Assembly: GCA_963790305.1 (NCBI GenBank)
Contig: CAWBOC010000009.1
Coordinates: forward strand, 416,001-480,000
Direction of reading: 5' to 3'
Length of the DNA stretch: 64,000 nucleotides
Source: an uncultured Gemmatimonadaceae bacterium
GTDB taxonomy: Bacteria > Gemmatimonadota > Gemmatimonadetes > Gemmatimonadales > Gemmatimonadaceae
This document shows, piece after piece, positions 22,488 to 35,339 of the stretch. The notes under the pieces were generated by a model, which saw only the letters and a list, made by a program, of their open reading frames with translations, ran no database searches and was not told where the DNA came from. A program made the translations under genes and the position numbers. The stretch's first letter is position 1; every line of letters starts with the position of its first letter.

Positions 22488-23663
22488 TCACCGGCGCGCG
22501 GCGCGGCGCGAACTCGCGCGCTTCCGCTTGCGGTGGAATCGATCGATCGCCTCGACCACCGGCGCGGGGTCGAACCGAACCGGGTCCGTTGTCGGAAGCC
22601 CCGTCTCGCGCTCAATGGCCTTGATGGCGGCCTTTGCCTTGCGCTCGGAGAGGTCGTACGTGTTCAGCGATACGGCGATGACAGGGGCCGGCCGGAGATG
22701 CCTCACGAGTGCCTCGTGAAGCTCGATGAGATCGCTCAGCGGCGGAAGCTTGACCCACGGATTGTTGGTCACGTGCGCACGTGACGGTTGATGGCACATG
22801 ACCATCGCGTGCGGGAGAGAGCCGTGGATGAGGCCTAGCGTCACCCCCGAGTATCCCGGGTGTATGACCGACCCCTGGCCTTCGACGAGTACGATGTCGG
22901 CGTCCTTCGACGCCTCGAGCACGAGCCGCTCCGCCGCACCGGCGATGAAATCGGCGATGACCGCATCGACGGCGATGCCGCCGCCATCGATCAGAATGCC
23001 GGTCTGCCCGGTCCCCGCGAAAGCGACGCGGTTTCCGCGCTCGGTCAGCCCGTCACGCATCTGCAGGGCGGCCGTCATCTTCCCAATGTTGCAGTCCGCG
23101 CCCACCGTCAGCACGACGGTCGCGTCGACCGTTCGAACGCGTCCGCCCGCGACGGGAAGATCCTTGGGCGGACGGCGCAGGTCATGAATCGACACCCCGC
23201 GCTGCTCGGCGAGATCGCGGAGCTCCACATCGTCACCGACGAAGGTGTGCAAGCCGCTCCAGACATCCATGCCGTGCTCGATCGCACGGCGGATCGTCGT
23301 GCGCCATTCTTCGGGCAAGCGACCACCCTGTGGGGCGATGCCGATGAGCAGCGCTGTCGGTCCGAGCGAGAGCCCGTCCTCGATGCCAGCGAGAACCGGA
23401 ATGTCGCCACCGAATCCAAGGATGTCGTTGGCGGTTTTCCCGGCGCGACGGGAATCGATCACGCCTACGACGCGCTCCGGTGTGTACCGGATGCAGGAGT
23501 TCGCGGTTTTCGACGTCAGCGGTCCGAACTGACCCTCGGCCAGGATCAGAAAGACAGGGGCCGCGGGATCGCGCGGTCGCGCGATGGTGCGCGTCCCCGG
23601 CGATGGCACCGCAGTGGTCTTTGGTTCCCTGTCCCTGGACATCTCGACCCCCGACGCCCTCAT
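22488..23663 (-). CDS. DUF1611 family P-loop protein (DgcN-like)
   Basis: KTA, GIAPQGG, SGLH, GADCNIGKMT, TGQTG, VEGQGS..HPGYSGVT motifs. Confidence 0.85.
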   Translation of the reverse strand: MRASGVEMSRDREPKTTAVPSPGTRTIARPRDPAAPVFLILAEGQFGPLTSKTANSCIRYTPERVVGVIDSRRAGKTANDILGFGGDIPVLAGIEDGLSLGPTALLIGIAPQGGRLPEEWRTTIRRAIEHGMDVWSGLHTFVGDDVELRDLAEQRGVSIHDLRRPPKDLPVAGGRVRTVDATVVLTVGADCNIGKMTAALQMRDGLTERGNRVAFAGTGQTGILIDGGGIAVDAVIADFIAGAAERLVLEASKDADIVLVEGQGSVIHPGYSGVTLGLIHGSLPHAMVMCHQPSRAHVTNNPWVKLPPLSDLIELHEALVRHLRPAPVIAVSLNTYDLSERKAKAAIKAIERETGLPTTDPVRFDPAPVVEAIDRFHRKRKRASSRRAARR

Positions 23664-24849
23664 GCCACCCGCTCTCGCCTCACTTCCGCGAGCGTCAACG
23701 GGTCCACGCCCGGAGGTGGCGGAACGAGCACCCCGCCCTTCGCCGCGGGTACACGGATCACCAGCACGCTATCGCGAGTCGTGCGACGGAACCCCTGCCC
23801 CTCGTAGATACGGCTAATGAGAATGCGGCGCACGACCACCATGATCACCGCGAGGGTGGGAACCGCCACGACGAGTCCGATTGGGCCGAGCAGCTTGCCC
23901 ATGATCAACACCGCCATGATGGTGAGCACGGGCGGCAGATCGATTTGCTTTTGCATGATGCGCGGCAGGACGACGTTCGCCTCGATCACATGGATGACGA
24001 CGCCCAGCGCCGCGACGAACAAGGCGTGCGTGAAGCCGCTGAGACCCCAGATGCCGTTGCCGGCGATGACGAAGAGCGCGGGAAGCACGGTCGACACCAG
24101 CGACCCGAAGAACGGTACCACGGCGACGACGCCGGTGAACACGCCGAACGTCAGCCAGTACGGAACCTCGAGGAAATACAACCCGGCTGCGGTGAACACG
24201 CCGAGGATCGTCATCGCCAACAGCTGCCCGACGATCCAGGAGCGGAGGGTGTTCGCAAGATCGCCCAGGACGTCGCGCACGAGATCGCGATGGACCGGCG
24301 GGAACATCGCGATCATCCATTCGCGATACAGCCCGGGGTGAAGCGCGAGGTACAGCGACATGATCGCCACGGCGAACACGTTGATCGCGCCGTGAAGCAC
24401 CCCATACACCTTCGGCACGACATCGCCAAACGCTCCCGTAATGCGGTCGTACACGGCGCGCAGCAGCGTTCCTTCGCCGACGGCATCCTGAAGCGCGGGA
24501 AAGCGCGACGCGAGCCGCTCCAGTCCACGCTCCCAGTTCTGGATGTACTCCGGAAGGACGCGGATGAGCGCCTGGGTCTGGTCGATCACCGGCGGGACGA
24601 GCACCCAGAACAGGGCGACGATACCAGCCAGTGTCGAGACGACGGCGATCGCGAGCGCGACGCCGCGCGACACCCGGATGCGATCCCGAAGCCAGTCGGC
24701 CACGGCGCCGAGGTACAGCGAGATCAGGATCGCAATGAACAGCAGGATGAACAGTTCGGCCGCGTGGCCGAACAGCATGATCAGCAGAACCGTGATGACG
24801 ACTGCCGTGAGAATGGGCGCGAAACGAAAGCGCCCCACCGTCAGGGCGC

Positions 24850-24853
<4 letters not shown>
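23660..24853 (-). CDS. AI-2E family transporter
   Basis: Multi-TM; WIVGQLL, VVPFFGS, IEANVVLPRIM..IDLPP, LGPIGLVVAVP. Confidence 0.88.
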
Positions 24854-25659
<806 letters not shown>

Positions 25660-25661
25660 GC

Positions 25662-26069
25662 TCAGCGTGCCTCGCGGTAGGGCGCCAGCTCGCGAAGATG
25701 CGACGCGAGCGCCAACGTGATGCCTTCGTAGCTGGCGAGAAACTCCTCGTAGTCGAGGTGCGCCAGCTCGAGCGCCTCGGTCAGCACGATCGCGTCGTCG
25801 GATTGAATGCCGTACGAGCCGTGCACGAGATCGGACGCGTTGAGCTCCAACAGGCGTCGCGAAAGACCAGCGGCTTGGCGCTCGTCCTTTGGCAGATCCA
25901 TCACCTTCACCCGCAGCAACACCACCGGCGGCGAGTAATTGACCACGACATCGGCGTCGAGCATGCCACCGGGCTTCACGATCCAGAGCCCTGGCTCGAC
26001 TTCGGTGTAGCTCGCGCCTTCACTGGCGAGACGGTCCAGAAAGCTTTCGATATCTTCTCGGGTGACCAT
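25662..26069 (-). CDS. CesT/YbjN-like (type III secretion chaperone fold) protein
   Basis: Small acidic protein with LLELNASDLVHGSYG and L..LDYEEF pattern; directly upstream of pspA. Confidence 0.6.
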   Translation of the reverse strand: MVTREDIESFLDRLASEGASYTEVEPGLWIVKPGGMLDADVVVNYSPPVVLLRVKVMDLPKDERQAAGLSRRLLELNASDLVHGSYGIQSDDAIVLTEALELAHLDYEEFLASYEGITLALASHLRELAPYREAR

Positions 26070-26209
26070 GAAGCACCTGGGGTGTGCGGGCGGCATCGTC
26101 GCGGGGACGCGCTGACTTCACTACGGACGACGCGGTCCTGCTGTTTCCGCGATCCTCGCGCAGGTTGGCGGGAAGATAGTCCTGAAGGCTAGACCGGTCG
26201 AGGGATTCG

Positions 26210-27088
26210 CTAAGTCTTCTTCAGCTGGACCAGACGCTCCCGCGTCAACCGCCGACCAGTGGGGGTGGCAGCGAGCCCGCCGCCGGCGGTCTCTCGGTAA
26301 CGGACATCCATGCTCCGCCCAATCTCTCCCATCGTGTCGATGACCTCGTCGACGGGAATGCGGAATTCGATGCCGGCGATCGCCATCTCGACGGCCGCCA
26401 TCGCGATCGCCGCGCCGGTCGCGTTTCGAAAGACGCAGGGAATCTCGACCAGGCCGCCGAGTGGATCGCAGACGAGCCCTAGCGTGCCCTGCATAGCGAG
26501 AGCGATGGCGTGTCCGGCCTGCGTGGGCGTGCCGCCGCACATTTCGGTTGCCGCACCGGCTGCCATTGCTGCAGCGGCTCCCGTCTCGGCCTGGCAACCG
26601 CCTTCCGCACCCGATAGTGACGCTCGCTCGGCGATCACCGCCCCAATGAGCCCCGCGGTCGCGAGGGCGTCGACGAGCTGCTCATCGTCCACGCGGCCTG
26701 CCGCGGCAAGTCCCGTGAGCACGGCCGGCAGCACCCCCGCTCCGCCCGCTGTCGGCGCGGCGACGATGACTCCCATCGCGGCGTTGACCTCCTGCACGGC
26801 CAGCGCGCGCGCGAGGACATCCCGAAAGAGTGTCCCGGCCAGCGGACCCGGCGGGCCGTCGCGCAACTTTGCGGCATCACCACCGACGAGTCCGGAGGCA
26901 GACCGGAGATCTCCGCGCATCCCGCGCTCGACCGCCCCCCGCATGATGTCGAGCGCCCGACGAAGGGCCGAGCGAATGTCGTCGATGGACCGTCCCTGAT
27001 CGCGCGATTCCGCCTCCAGGGCAACACGCGCGAGCGAAACGCTCTGGGCTTCGGCGGCGGCGATGGCCGTGTGGAGCGAAGAAAACAC
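26210..27088 (-). CDS. sdaAA: L-serine dehydratase, Fe-S type, alpha subunit
   Basis: AAPTAGGAG, SGAEGGCQAE, GLVCDPLGGLVEIPC, RETAGGGLA; GTG start after the sdaAB stop. Confidence 0.93.
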   Translation of the reverse strand: MFSSLHTAIAAAEAQSVSLARVALEAESRDQGRSIDDIRSALRRALDIMRGAVERGMRGDLRSASGLVGGDAAKLRDGPPGPLAGTLFRDVLARALAVQEVNAAMGVIVAAPTAGGAGVLPAVLTGLAAAGRVDDEQLVDALATAGLIGAVIAERASLSGAEGGCQAETGAAAAMAAGAATEMCGGTPTQAGHAIALAMQGTLGLVCDPLGGLVEIPCVFRNATGAAIAMAAVEMAIAGIEFRIPVDEVIDTMGEIGRSMDVRYRETAGGGLAATPTGRRLTRERLVQLKKT

Positions 27089-27090
27089 GC

Positions 27091-27759
27091 TTACCCGGCG
27101 ACCTTGTCCAGCGCGCGCGTCATGCGCACCCATTCGAGCTTGCCGATCTGCGCGAGTGCTCGAGCGCTCGGCGGATCGTCGAGCTCGAGGACCATGAACG
27201 CGTCGCCGCCGCGCTCCTTTCGGGTCACGCGCATCGTGGCGAGGTTGACGCCTTCATCGGCGAGGATGCCGCAGATGCGCGCGATGGATCCGGGCTGATC
27301 GCGGGCGACCAGCACGATCGTCCACAGCGCCCCGGTCACCTCCACCGGAAAGCCGTCGATGCGTGTAAGCCGCACGCGGCCGGCGCCGAGGGATTCTCCG
27401 ACGACCTCGACGACGGCGCCATCGCGCTCCACCGTTAGGCGCACGGTGTTGGGGTGCGCGTCCTCCGCGATCGTCGTCTTCTCCACGCGATAGGCGAGAC
27501 CTTCGCGCTCGGCGATGTCGAGCGCCTCGCGCAGTCGCTCGTCGTCAGGCCGGAAGCCAAGCAGGCCGCCGACGAGCGCCTTGTCGGTGCCGTGCCCCTC
27601 GCCGGTCCGCGCGAACGATCCATGGAGCTCGAGCTTCGCGCGCTGCGGCGTTCCACCAACGAGTGACCGGGCCAGCAGCCCAATGCGGCACGCCCCCGCC
27701 GTGTGCGAGGAGGACGGCCCCACCATGACCGGGCCAATGATGTCGAGGAGCGAGACCAT
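27091..27759 (-). CDS. sdaAB: L-serine dehydratase, beta subunit (ACT domain)
   Basis: IGPVMVGPSSSHTAGA, GSFARTGEGHGTD, HPNT. Confidence 0.93.
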   Translation of the reverse strand: MVSLLDIIGPVMVGPSSSHTAGACRIGLLARSLVGGTPQRAKLELHGSFARTGEGHGTDKALVGGLLGFRPDDERLREALDIAEREGLAYRVEKTTIAEDAHPNTVRLTVERDGAVVEVVGESLGAGRVRLTRIDGFPVEVTGALWTIVLVARDQPGSIARICGILADEGVNLATMRVTRKERGGDAFMVLELDDPPSARALAQIGKLEWVRMTRALDKVAG

Positions 27760-27774
27760 GGCGCGACCGTCGCG

Positions 27775-30684
27775 CTAGGCGGCGGGGGTGCGCGCGTCGC
27801 GCAAACGCTGCCCGCGCGCGCGCGAGCGCTGTCCCACGACCGGCTTCAGATATCGACCCGTATGCGAGGCCTCGACGTCCGCCACATCCTCGGGCGAGCC
27901 GGCCGCGACGACGGTTCCGCCACGCGTTCCGCCCTCGGGGCCAAGATCGATCACCCAGTCCGCGGTCTTGATGACGTCGAGATTATGCTCGATCACGAGA
28001 ACGGTGTTGCCCTTGTCCACGAGGCGATGCAGGACCTGCAGCAAGAGCCGCACGTCCTCGAAGTGCAGACCGGTCGTCGGCTCATCCAGAATGTAAAGCG
28101 TGCGTCCCGTGTCGCGCTTCGAAAGCTCGGACGCGAGCTTCACCCGCTGGGCTTCGCCGCCGGACAGTGTCGTCGCGCTCTGGCCAAGGTGGATGTAGCC
28201 GAGGCCGACATCGACCAGCGTTTCCAGCTTCTGTCGAATGCGCGGCTGGTTCTCGAAAAACTCGAGCGCGTCCTCGACCGTCATCTCGAGCACATCGGAG
28301 ATGCTCTTTCCGCGGAAGCGTACCTCGAGCGTCTCCCGGTTGTACCGTTTGCCTTTGCACACCTCGCATGGCACGTACACGTCGGGGAGGAAGTGCATCT
28401 CGATCTTCACCAGGCCGTCGCCCTGACAGGCTTCGCACCGGCCGCCCTTCACGTTGAACGAGAAACGGCCGGGCCCGTATCCGCGAATCTTCGCTTCCGG
28501 CAGCTCGGCGAACAGCTCGCGAATGGGCGTGAAGAGCCCGGTGTAGGTCGCCGGATTCGAGCGCGGCGTCCGACCGATCGGGCTTTGGTCAATGTCGATG
28601 ACCTTGTCGATGTGCTCGAGTCCGCTGATGCGGCGATGCGCTCCCGGAATCACGCGTGCCCGATAAAAGTGCCGTGCGAGCGCGCGATGCAGAATGTCCT
28701 CGATGAGCGTCGATTTGCCGGATCCGGAAACGCCGGTGACGGCGACGAAAAGCCCGAGGGGGATGTCGACATCGAGGTTCTGAAGATTGTGCGCCGTTGC
28801 GCCCTCGATGCGGATGGACTGTCGCGGGCGCGGCGACCGCCGCTGCTCCGGAACGGCGATCTGCATCTCTCCGGTCAAATAGCGCGCGGTGATGGACTCG
28901 GTATGCGCCTCGACTTCGGCGACCGTCCCCGCGGCCACCACGCGACCACCATGTCGACCCGCTCCCGGACCGAGATCGATGAGATAGTCGGCCTCGCGCA
29001 TCGTCTCCTCGTCGTGCTCGACGACGATGACCGTGTTCCCGAGGTCCCGCAGCTGTTTGAGCGTCGCGAGGAGACGGGCGTTGTCCCGCTGATGCAACCC
29101 GATCGATGGCTCGTCGAGGATGTACAGTACGCCAACCAGTCGCGAGCCGATCTGCGTCGCGAGACGAATGCGCTGCGCCTCGCCACCGGACAGTGACTCC
29201 GCCGACCGGCTCAGGGTGAGGTAGTCCAAGCCAACGTCGACGAGAAAGCGAAGCCGCTCGCGAACCTCTTTAAGGATGGGGCCCGCGATATCGGGATCGA
29301 GACCGTTGCGACCCGGAGCGCGCAGCGGGACCGACTCGAAGAATTCGAGCGTCTCGGTAACGGGAAGCTCGGTCACCTCGCCGATGTTGCGTCCGGCGAT
29401 GGTCACGGCCAGGGACTCTCGTTTGAGACGTCGTCCCTGACAGTGGGTGCATGGCGCTTCGACCATGTACTCCTCGAGCTCCTCCCGCACCGAGTCGGAC
29501 GTCGTCTCCTCGTACCGGCGCTGGACGTTGGTGAGCACTCCCTCCCAGGCGGTGCTGTACTCTCCACGGAAGCTCGGCGACTCGTAGCGAATCGTCGACT
29601 GTCGCCCACTCGCGCCGTAGAGGATCATCTCGCGAACGCGCTGCGGAAGCTTGCCCCAGGGCGCGTTGAGCTCGAAGTCGAACTGTTTCGCCAACGCGGG
29701 GAGAATGCCCTTGCGGAGGTGACCGCTTGGCTCGCCCCACGGCAGAATGACGCCCTCGAGAATGGAGATACTTGGATCGCCGAGGATGAGCTGCTCGCTC
29801 ACCTCTCGGCGCGTGCCCAGTCCTCCGCAAGGAGTGCACGCTCCGTACGGCGAGTTGAACGAGAACTGCCGCGGCTCGAGCTCAGGCAGCGAGATGCCGC
29901 AGGTCGGGCATCCGTAGCGTTCGGAGAACAGGGAGGAGCGAGGAACGAGATCCGACGCATCCGTGACGTGGGCGATGACCTCGATCAGCCCATTGGCCAG
30001 CTTCAGGGCGGTTTCGATGGAGTCCGTGAGGCGGCCGCGGTCCTCGGGTCGCACGACGAGGCGATCGACGACGACCGAGATCGAGTGGTTCTGGCGACGA
30101 TTGAGCTTCGGCGGATTTGCAAGCTCCACCGTCGCGCCATTGACGATCGCGCGGATGAAGCCCTGCTTCCGCACCATCTCGAACAGATCGCGGAACTCAC
30201 CTTTGCGGCCGCGCACGAGCGGCGCCAGGACCTCGACGCGGGTGCCTTCCGGCCACGCCAGGATGCTTTGGGCGATCTGGACCGCGCTCTGCCGCTGGAC
30301 GGGACGCCCGCACTGCGGACAGTGCGGAGTTCCGGCGCGCGCGTAGAGCAGGCGGAGGTAGTCGTAGATCTCGGTGACGGTTCCAACGGTCGAGCGTGGG
30401 TTGTGACCCGCCGTCTTCTGCTCAATGGAGATCGCCGGCGACAGCCCTTCGATGGCGTCGACGTCCGGCTTTTCCATGAGGCCGAGGAACTGGCGTGCGT
30501 AGGCGGACAGCGACTCGACGTACCGGCGCTGTCCTTCGGCGTAGATGGTATCGAAAGCGAGCGAGGACTTGCCCGAGCCGGACAGGCCCGTGATGACGGT
30601 CAGGCGATCGCGCGGGATCGTGACGTCGACGTTCTGGAGGTTGTGCTCGCGGGCACCCCGAACGATGAGTGCTTCTTCGGCCAT
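27775..30684 (-). CDS. uvrA: Excinuclease ABC subunit A
   Basis: [21 protein letters not shown], two ABC domains, zinc fingers; start at MAEEALIV. Confidence 0.98.
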   Translation of the reverse strand: MAEEALIVRGAREHNLQNVDVTIPRDRLTVITGLSGSGKSSLAFDTIYAEGQRRYVESLSAYARQFLGLMEKPDVDAIEGLSPAISIEQKTAGHNPRSTVGTVTEIYDYLRLLYARAGTPHCPQCGRPVQRQSAVQIAQSILAWPEGTRVEVLAPLVRGRKGEFRDLFEMVRKQGFIRAIVNGATVELANPPKLNRRQNHSISVVVDRLVVRPEDRGRLTDSIETALKLANGLIEVIAHVTDASDLVPRSSLFSERYGCPTCGISLPELEPRQFSFNSPYGACTPCGGLGTRREVSEQLILGDPSISILEGVILPWGEPSGHLRKGILPALAKQFDFELNAPWGKLPQRVREMILYGASGRQSTIRYESPSFRGEYSTAWEGVLTNVQRRYEETTSDSVREELEEYMVEAPCTHCQGRRLKRESLAVTIAGRNIGEVTELPVTETLEFFESVPLRAPGRNGLDPDIAGPILKEVRERLRFLVDVGLDYLTLSRSAESLSGGEAQRIRLATQIGSRLVGVLYILDEPSIGLHQRDNARLLATLKQLRDLGNTVIVVEHDEETMREADYLIDLGPGAGRHGGRVVAAGTVAEVEAHTESITARYLTGEMQIAVPEQRRSPRPRQSIRIEGATAHNLQNLDVDIPLGLFVAVTGVSGSGKSTLIEDILHRALARHFYRARVIPGAHRRISGLEHIDKVIDIDQSPIGRTPRSNPATYTGLFTPIRELFAELPEAKIRGYGPGRFSFNVKGGRCEACQGDGLVKIEMHFLPDVYVPCEVCKGKRYNRETLEVRFRGKSISDVLEMTVEDALEFFENQPRIRQKLETLVDVGLGYIHLGQSATTLSGGEAQRVKLASELSKRDTGRTLYILDEPTTGLHFEDVRLLLQVLHRLVDKGNTVLVIEHNLDVIKTADWVIDLGPEGGTRGGTVVAAGSPEDVADVEASHTGRYLKPVVGQRSRARGQRLRDARTPAA

Positions 30685-30728
30685 AGCCGGTGAAAGGTCA
30701 CAGGCGGGCGGGCGGGATTCAAGAGTCG

Positions 30729-30864
30729 AGGCGCTAGGAGCGCTAAGGGCGCTAAGGGCGCTAAGGGCGCTTGAACGGCTGGGCCATTGAGAGCTTCGAC
30801 ATGCGCGCGCATCTTGATGGCGAAATTCCAGCGCCCTTAGCGCCCTTAGCGCCCTCGAGCGCCT
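30729..30864. repeat. Inverted array of 9-mer repeats (GGCGCTAAG)n / (CTTAGCGCC)n between divergent uvrA and cutA
   Basis: ggcgctagg agcgctaag ggcgctaag ggcgctaag ggcgct ... agcgcc cttagcgcc cttagcgcc ctcgagcgcc. Confidence 0.8.
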
Positions 30865-30870
30865 CTCGCC

Positions 30871-31203
30871 ATGCCCCCCAACGCCATCGTCGTCCTCACC
30901 ACCGTCGCCTCGGCCGATGAGGCGGTGGCCCTTATTCGCGCGCTCCTCGACCGCCGGCTGATCGCATGCGGCAACATCCTCCCAGGGGTGCGGTCGCTCT
31001 ATCGCTGGGAAGGCAAGGTTGCCGATGAGCGGGAGGTAATCGTCCTGCTCAAGACGAGGCCGTCGCGCGTCGAAGCCCTCGAAATGGCGTTCGGGGAGCT
31101 GCACCCGTACAAGGTGCCGGAGCTGTTGGCACTTCCGGTATCGGCCGGGTTACACAAGTACCTGGAGTGGATCGACGACGAGACCTCGCTCGCATTGAGC
31201 TGA
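30871..31203 (+). CDS. cutA: Divalent-cation tolerance protein CutA
   Basis: [22 protein letters not shown]. Confidence 0.93.
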   Translation: MPPNAIVVLTTVASADEAVALIRALLDRRLIACGNILPGVRSLYRWEGKVADEREVIVLLKTRPSRVEALEMAFGELHPYKVPELLALPVSAGLHKYLEWIDDETSLALS

Positions 31204-31282
31204 GAGCGCCGCCGGGTCCGCTCCATCGAGCGTGGAGCGGATTCGCAATGTCGATCGTGTCGTCACACCGTGAGCTCGCCAG

Positions 31283-32821
31283 GTGATCCGTCGCGGAAGT
31301 GTGGCGGCGGTGATCCTCATCGCCTGGCTGGCCGGCCTCGCGGTCCTGGTCCGTCGCGAGCTCTTTCGCACGGAGACCGACCGCATGCGCGACGCTGGCG
31401 CCCGCGTCGACCCGGGCACGGCGTACTATCGCGTGATGCAGGCGGGGACGCAGATCGGCTTCGCGTCCTCTCGCATCGATACGACGGCGACCGAGATCAC
31501 GATGAGCGATCAGCTGCTCTTCGATGTCGAGGCCGGGCGTCGCACGCATCGCGGCTCAGCGCGCCTCTCGTCACGGCTGACCCGCGCGCTGGAGCTTCGG
31601 TCGTTCTTGCTCGAGCTCAGTCCCGAAATCGGCCCCCTGCGGGCGAGCGGAGAAGTGAGCGGCGACAGTCTGCTGACGCTCTCGATTCGCATGGGCGATG
31701 AGCCGGCGGAGGTCCGCCGCATCCCGCTCACCAAGCCGCTGCTGCTGCCGACGCTGGTGCCCATGACCTTTGCGCTGATGGAGCGGCCGGCGTTAGGCGC
31801 GAGGCGCACGTTCTCGGTGTTCGACCCGTTGTCGATGGCACCGGGCGAAGTCACCGTCGCCGTGCGGGCCGAGTCGCTGTTCGTCGTGAACGACAGCGCA
31901 ACGTTCGACTGGGACCGCAAACGGTGGATGCCCGCGCGCAGCGACACCATCCGCGCCTGGCTGGTCGAGCAGGAAGGCGGGGTGATCTCCGGGTGGGTGG
32001 ATGCGAACGGCCGCATGGTCGAGGCGATGCATCCCGGCAACCTGTATCTCGAGCGCGAGGCCTACGAGGTGGCGTTCGAGAACTGGCAAAACTGGAACGC
32101 GCGCGCGGTGGAAGCCTCGGCCGATCGGGATATTCAGGAGGCGACGGCAATCGCTTCGTCGGCGCCAATTCGGAATCACCGCACGCTCTCGCAGCTCGCG
32201 GTGCGGCTCGAGGGCGCCTCACTCGAAGGGTGGGCCCTGACGGGCGGCAGACAGACGCTGAGCGGTGACACGCTGAGCATTCAGCGAGAGAAGGCGACGA
32301 GCCTGTTGCCGGCGTACCCACTGCCCATGGCGCGTGGCGGCCGGCTCGACGAGGCGCTTCGCCCCGAGCGGCTTCTGCAGTCGGAAGATTCCGTGATCGT
32401 GGCGCTTGCCGAGCGAATCCGCGGCGACACGCGCAATCCGCGGGTGGCGGCGGAGCGACTCGCGCGATGGGTTCACGATTCTCTTGAAAAGCGAATCAGC
32501 TTCTCGATTCCGAGCGCGACGCAGGTGCTTCGCGCCAGAGCGGGCGATTGTAACGAGCACACGCAGCTGTACGTCGCGCTGGCGCGCGCCATCGGCCTTC
32601 CGGCCCGTGCCGCCGCGGGTCTCGCCTACGTGGGAGGCAAGTTTTACTACCACGCCTGGCCGGAAGTCTTTCTGGGGGACTGGGTCGCGGTCGACCCGAC
32701 CTTCGGGCAGTTCCCCGCCGACGCGGCGCACCTGCGTTTTGTCATCGGTGGATTCTCGAAGCAAGCGGAGCTGCTCCGCCTCATCGGCCGACTGCGCATC
32801 GACGTCGTCTCCACCGACTGA
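31283..32821 (+). CDS. Membrane-anchored transglutaminase-like protein
   Basis: N-terminal TM; catalytic triad motifs GDCNEH, YHAWPE, VDPT. Confidence 0.85.
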   Translation: MIRRGSVAAVILIAWLAGLAVLVRRELFRTETDRMRDAGARVDPGTAYYRVMQAGTQIGFASSRIDTTATEITMSDQLLFDVEAGRRTHRGSARLSSRLTRALELRSFLLELSPEIGPLRASGEVSGDSLLTLSIRMGDEPAEVRRIPLTKPLLLPTLVPMTFALMERPALGARRTFSVFDPLSMAPGEVTVAVRAESLFVVNDSATFDWDRKRWMPARSDTIRAWLVEQEGGVISGWVDANGRMVEAMHPGNLYLEREAYEVAFENWQNWNARAVEASADRDIQEATAIASSAPIRNHRTLSQLAVRLEGASLEGWALTGGRQTLSGDTLSIQREKATSLLPAYPLPMARGGRLDEALRPERLLQSEDSVIVALAERIRGDTRNPRVAAERLARWVHDSLEKRISFSIPSATQVLRARAGDCNEHTQLYVALARAIGLPARAAAGLAYVGGKFYYHAWPEVFLGDWVAVDPTFGQFPADAAHLRFVIGGFSKQAELLRLIGRLRIDVVSTD

Positions 32822-32825
32822 CACC

Positions 32826-33584
32826 ATGATCGAGCTCAAGGCGCTGACCAAGCGCTACGGCGGATTCACCGCTGTGGACGCCATCGACCTCACTGTGCCA
32901 AAGGGAGAGCTGTTCGGCTTTCTGGGGCCTAACGGCGCCGGCAAGACGACGACGCTCCGCATGATCGCCGGCATCCTCCAGCCTTCCGGTGGCACTGTCC
33001 GAATCGCGGGGATCGACATCGCTGCCGATCCGATCGCCGCCAAGGCGAAGCTGGGGTTCATTCCCGATCGCCCTTTCATCTACGAGAAGCTTACCGGCGC
33101 CGAATTTCTGCGATTCGTGGCCGGCCTCTACGATCAGAGCGGGGAGCCGGTCGAGCGGCGCATGACGGAGCTGCTAGCGCTGTTCGATCTGCTGAACTGG
33201 AAAGACGAGCTGGTCGAGAGCTACAGCCATGGGATGCGGCAGAAGCTCATCATCTCGAGCGCCTTCTTGCACCGCCCCGAGGTCATCGTCGTCGATGAGC
33301 CAATGGTCGGCCTCGATCCGAAGGCGGCAAAAGTGCTGAAGGATCTCTTTCGCGAGTACACCCGGCGGGGCCACACGATCATGATGTCGACGCACACCCT
33401 CGAGGTGGCGCAGAGCTTGTGCGACCGCGTCGCGATCATTCAAGGCGGAAAGATTCGGGCATCCGGAACGATGGCCGAGCTGCGTGCGCACGCGGCGGCC
33501 GGAGAGGAAGGCCTGGAGGACATCTTCCTGCGTCTCACCGGCGACAACGCGGCGCGGGCGGTCGTCGAGGTGCTCAATGCCTGA
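32826..33584 (+). CDS. ABC transporter ATP-binding protein
   Basis: GPNGAGKTT, YSHGMRQK, VVDEP, STH. Confidence 0.95.
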   Translation: MIELKALTKRYGGFTAVDAIDLTVPKGELFGFLGPNGAGKTTTLRMIAGILQPSGGTVRIAGIDIAADPIAAKAKLGFIPDRPFIYEKLTGAEFLRFVAGLYDQSGEPVERRMTELLALFDLLNWKDELVESYSHGMRQKLIISSAFLHRPEVIVVDEPMVGLDPKAAKVLKDLFREYTRRGHTIMMSTHTLEVAQSLCDRVAIIQGGKIRASGTMAELRAHAAAGEEGLEDIFLRLTGDNAARAVVEVLNA

Positions 33585-35338
33585 GGCAGCTCGCCTCCAG
33601 AATGCAGCGAGCGATGACGATTCCTCGCGCGACCCACTCGCGCTGGTCACGGCACTCCCGCGCGTTCCACTGCTGCACCTCCTTCGCCCGAAATGGCTGA
33701 CCGCGCGCGTGCGCGCGCGCGGCAAGGAGCGTGGGCGCGGGGCGCGCATCGCCCTTCTCGGCATAACCGGCGCGCTCTTCTGGGCCTTCGTGCTGGTCGT
33801 CGTTTTCCGACTGCTGCTCTACTTCCGTCGCGTGCCGGACATCGGACCTCTGCTCGCGGGAAAGCTCCTCGGAATCATCTTCGTCAGCTTTTTCTCGATT
33901 CTCCTGCTATCCAACATCATCACCGCGCTGTCGAGCTTTTTCGTGGCGCGGGATCTCGATCTGCTCGTATCGGCTCCGGTAGACTGGCTGCGGCTGTATG
34001 GCGCGAAGCTGCTCGAAACGGCGGTGCATTCGAGCTGGATGGTCGTGTTGATGGCGGTGCCGATCTTCGTGGCGTACGGAGTGGCCTACGATGGCGGCAT
34101 TCTGGTTCCCTCTCGTCGCGCTGGCCACCTTCATTCCCTTCCTGCTGATTCCCGCCGTAGTCGGGAGCGCGATCACGCTTCTGCTGGTGCGCGTCTTCCC
34201 CGCCCGGCGTACGCGCGACATTCTGAGCGTGATCGCCGTCCTCGCGGCCGGCGGGCTCGTTCTGCTGTTCCGCATGGTCCGCCCCGAGCAGCTGGCGCGG
34301 CCGGAGGGGTTTCGCTCACTCGTCGATTTCATCGCCGTCCTCAAGACGCCGACCTCCCCGCTCCTCCCGAGCGAGTGGGTGCAGCGCGCGGTCATGTCAT
34401 CGCTGATGGGAATTCCCGATGTGCTGCCCTACTACCTGCTGTGGTCGACGGCGGCGGCATTCGTGGTGTTCGGGGCCTTGCTGCATCGCTCGCTGTATGC
34501 GAAGGGCTTCACCAAGGCGCAGGAGAGCAGCGAGCGATGGGTGCGAGGAACACGCCTCAAGCGCATTGGGGCGGCGATGCTCGCTCCATTCGGCACAGTG
34601 CGACGTGAGCTGCTGATGAAGGAGACCCGCGTGTTTTTCCGCGACACGACGCAGTGGTCGCAGCTGATCCTCCTCGGCGTCCTCGTCATCGTGTACGTGT
34701 TCAACATCAAGTTTCTCCCCTTGCGGGGCGAGGGGGTGACGTTCTTTCTCGTCAACGTGATTCCCTTCCTGAATCTCGTGCTCGCCGGATTCGTGCTCGC
34801 TTCGATTGCGGCGCGCTTCATCTTCCCTGGCGTAAGCCTGGAAGGCCGCACGATGTGGCTCCTCAAGTCGAGTCCACTGCGGATGCGCGAGCTCCTCTGG
34901 GCGAAGTTCTGGATCGGGACGCTGCCCCTGCTGCTCCTCGCCCTGGGCATCGTCTTCATCACGAACGTGCTGCTGCAAGTGACGCCTTTCATGATGTACG
35001 TGTCGCTGTTCACCATCACGCTGATGACCTTTGCGCTCGCCGGCCTCGCCCTGGCGCTCGGAACGCTGTTCCCGCAGTTCGAGACGGAGAATGCGGCGCA
35101 GATTCCCACATCGTTCGGCGGCCTGGTCTACATGATGGGAGCCGTCGCGCTCATCGGTGCGGTGGTGGTGCTGGAAGCACGACCGGTGTATGGGTACGTG
35201 AGCGCGCGGGCGTTCGGAGGCTCGGCGGACCCGCTGGAGATGATTGTCGGCTTCGGACTGGCCGCGGCGCTGTGCATTGCGACGCTCGTCGTGTCCGTCA
35301 CCATTGCGATTCGCCGACTTCACGCGGTCGAGCTCTGA
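33577..35338 (+). CDS. Putative ABC transporter permease (multi-TM); +1 frameshift near 34100
   Basis: Hydrophobic frames of ORFs 33484..34608 and 34091..35338 join at AYDGG-x-WFPLVAL; SLEG..WLLKSSP motif. Confidence 0.75.
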
Positions 35339-35339
35339 C

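Noticed and set aside
30729..30864. CRISPR array (this and the other short repeat arrays)
   Set aside because: Units are 7-9 nt, tandem without unique spacers, arranged as inverted arms; no cas genes.
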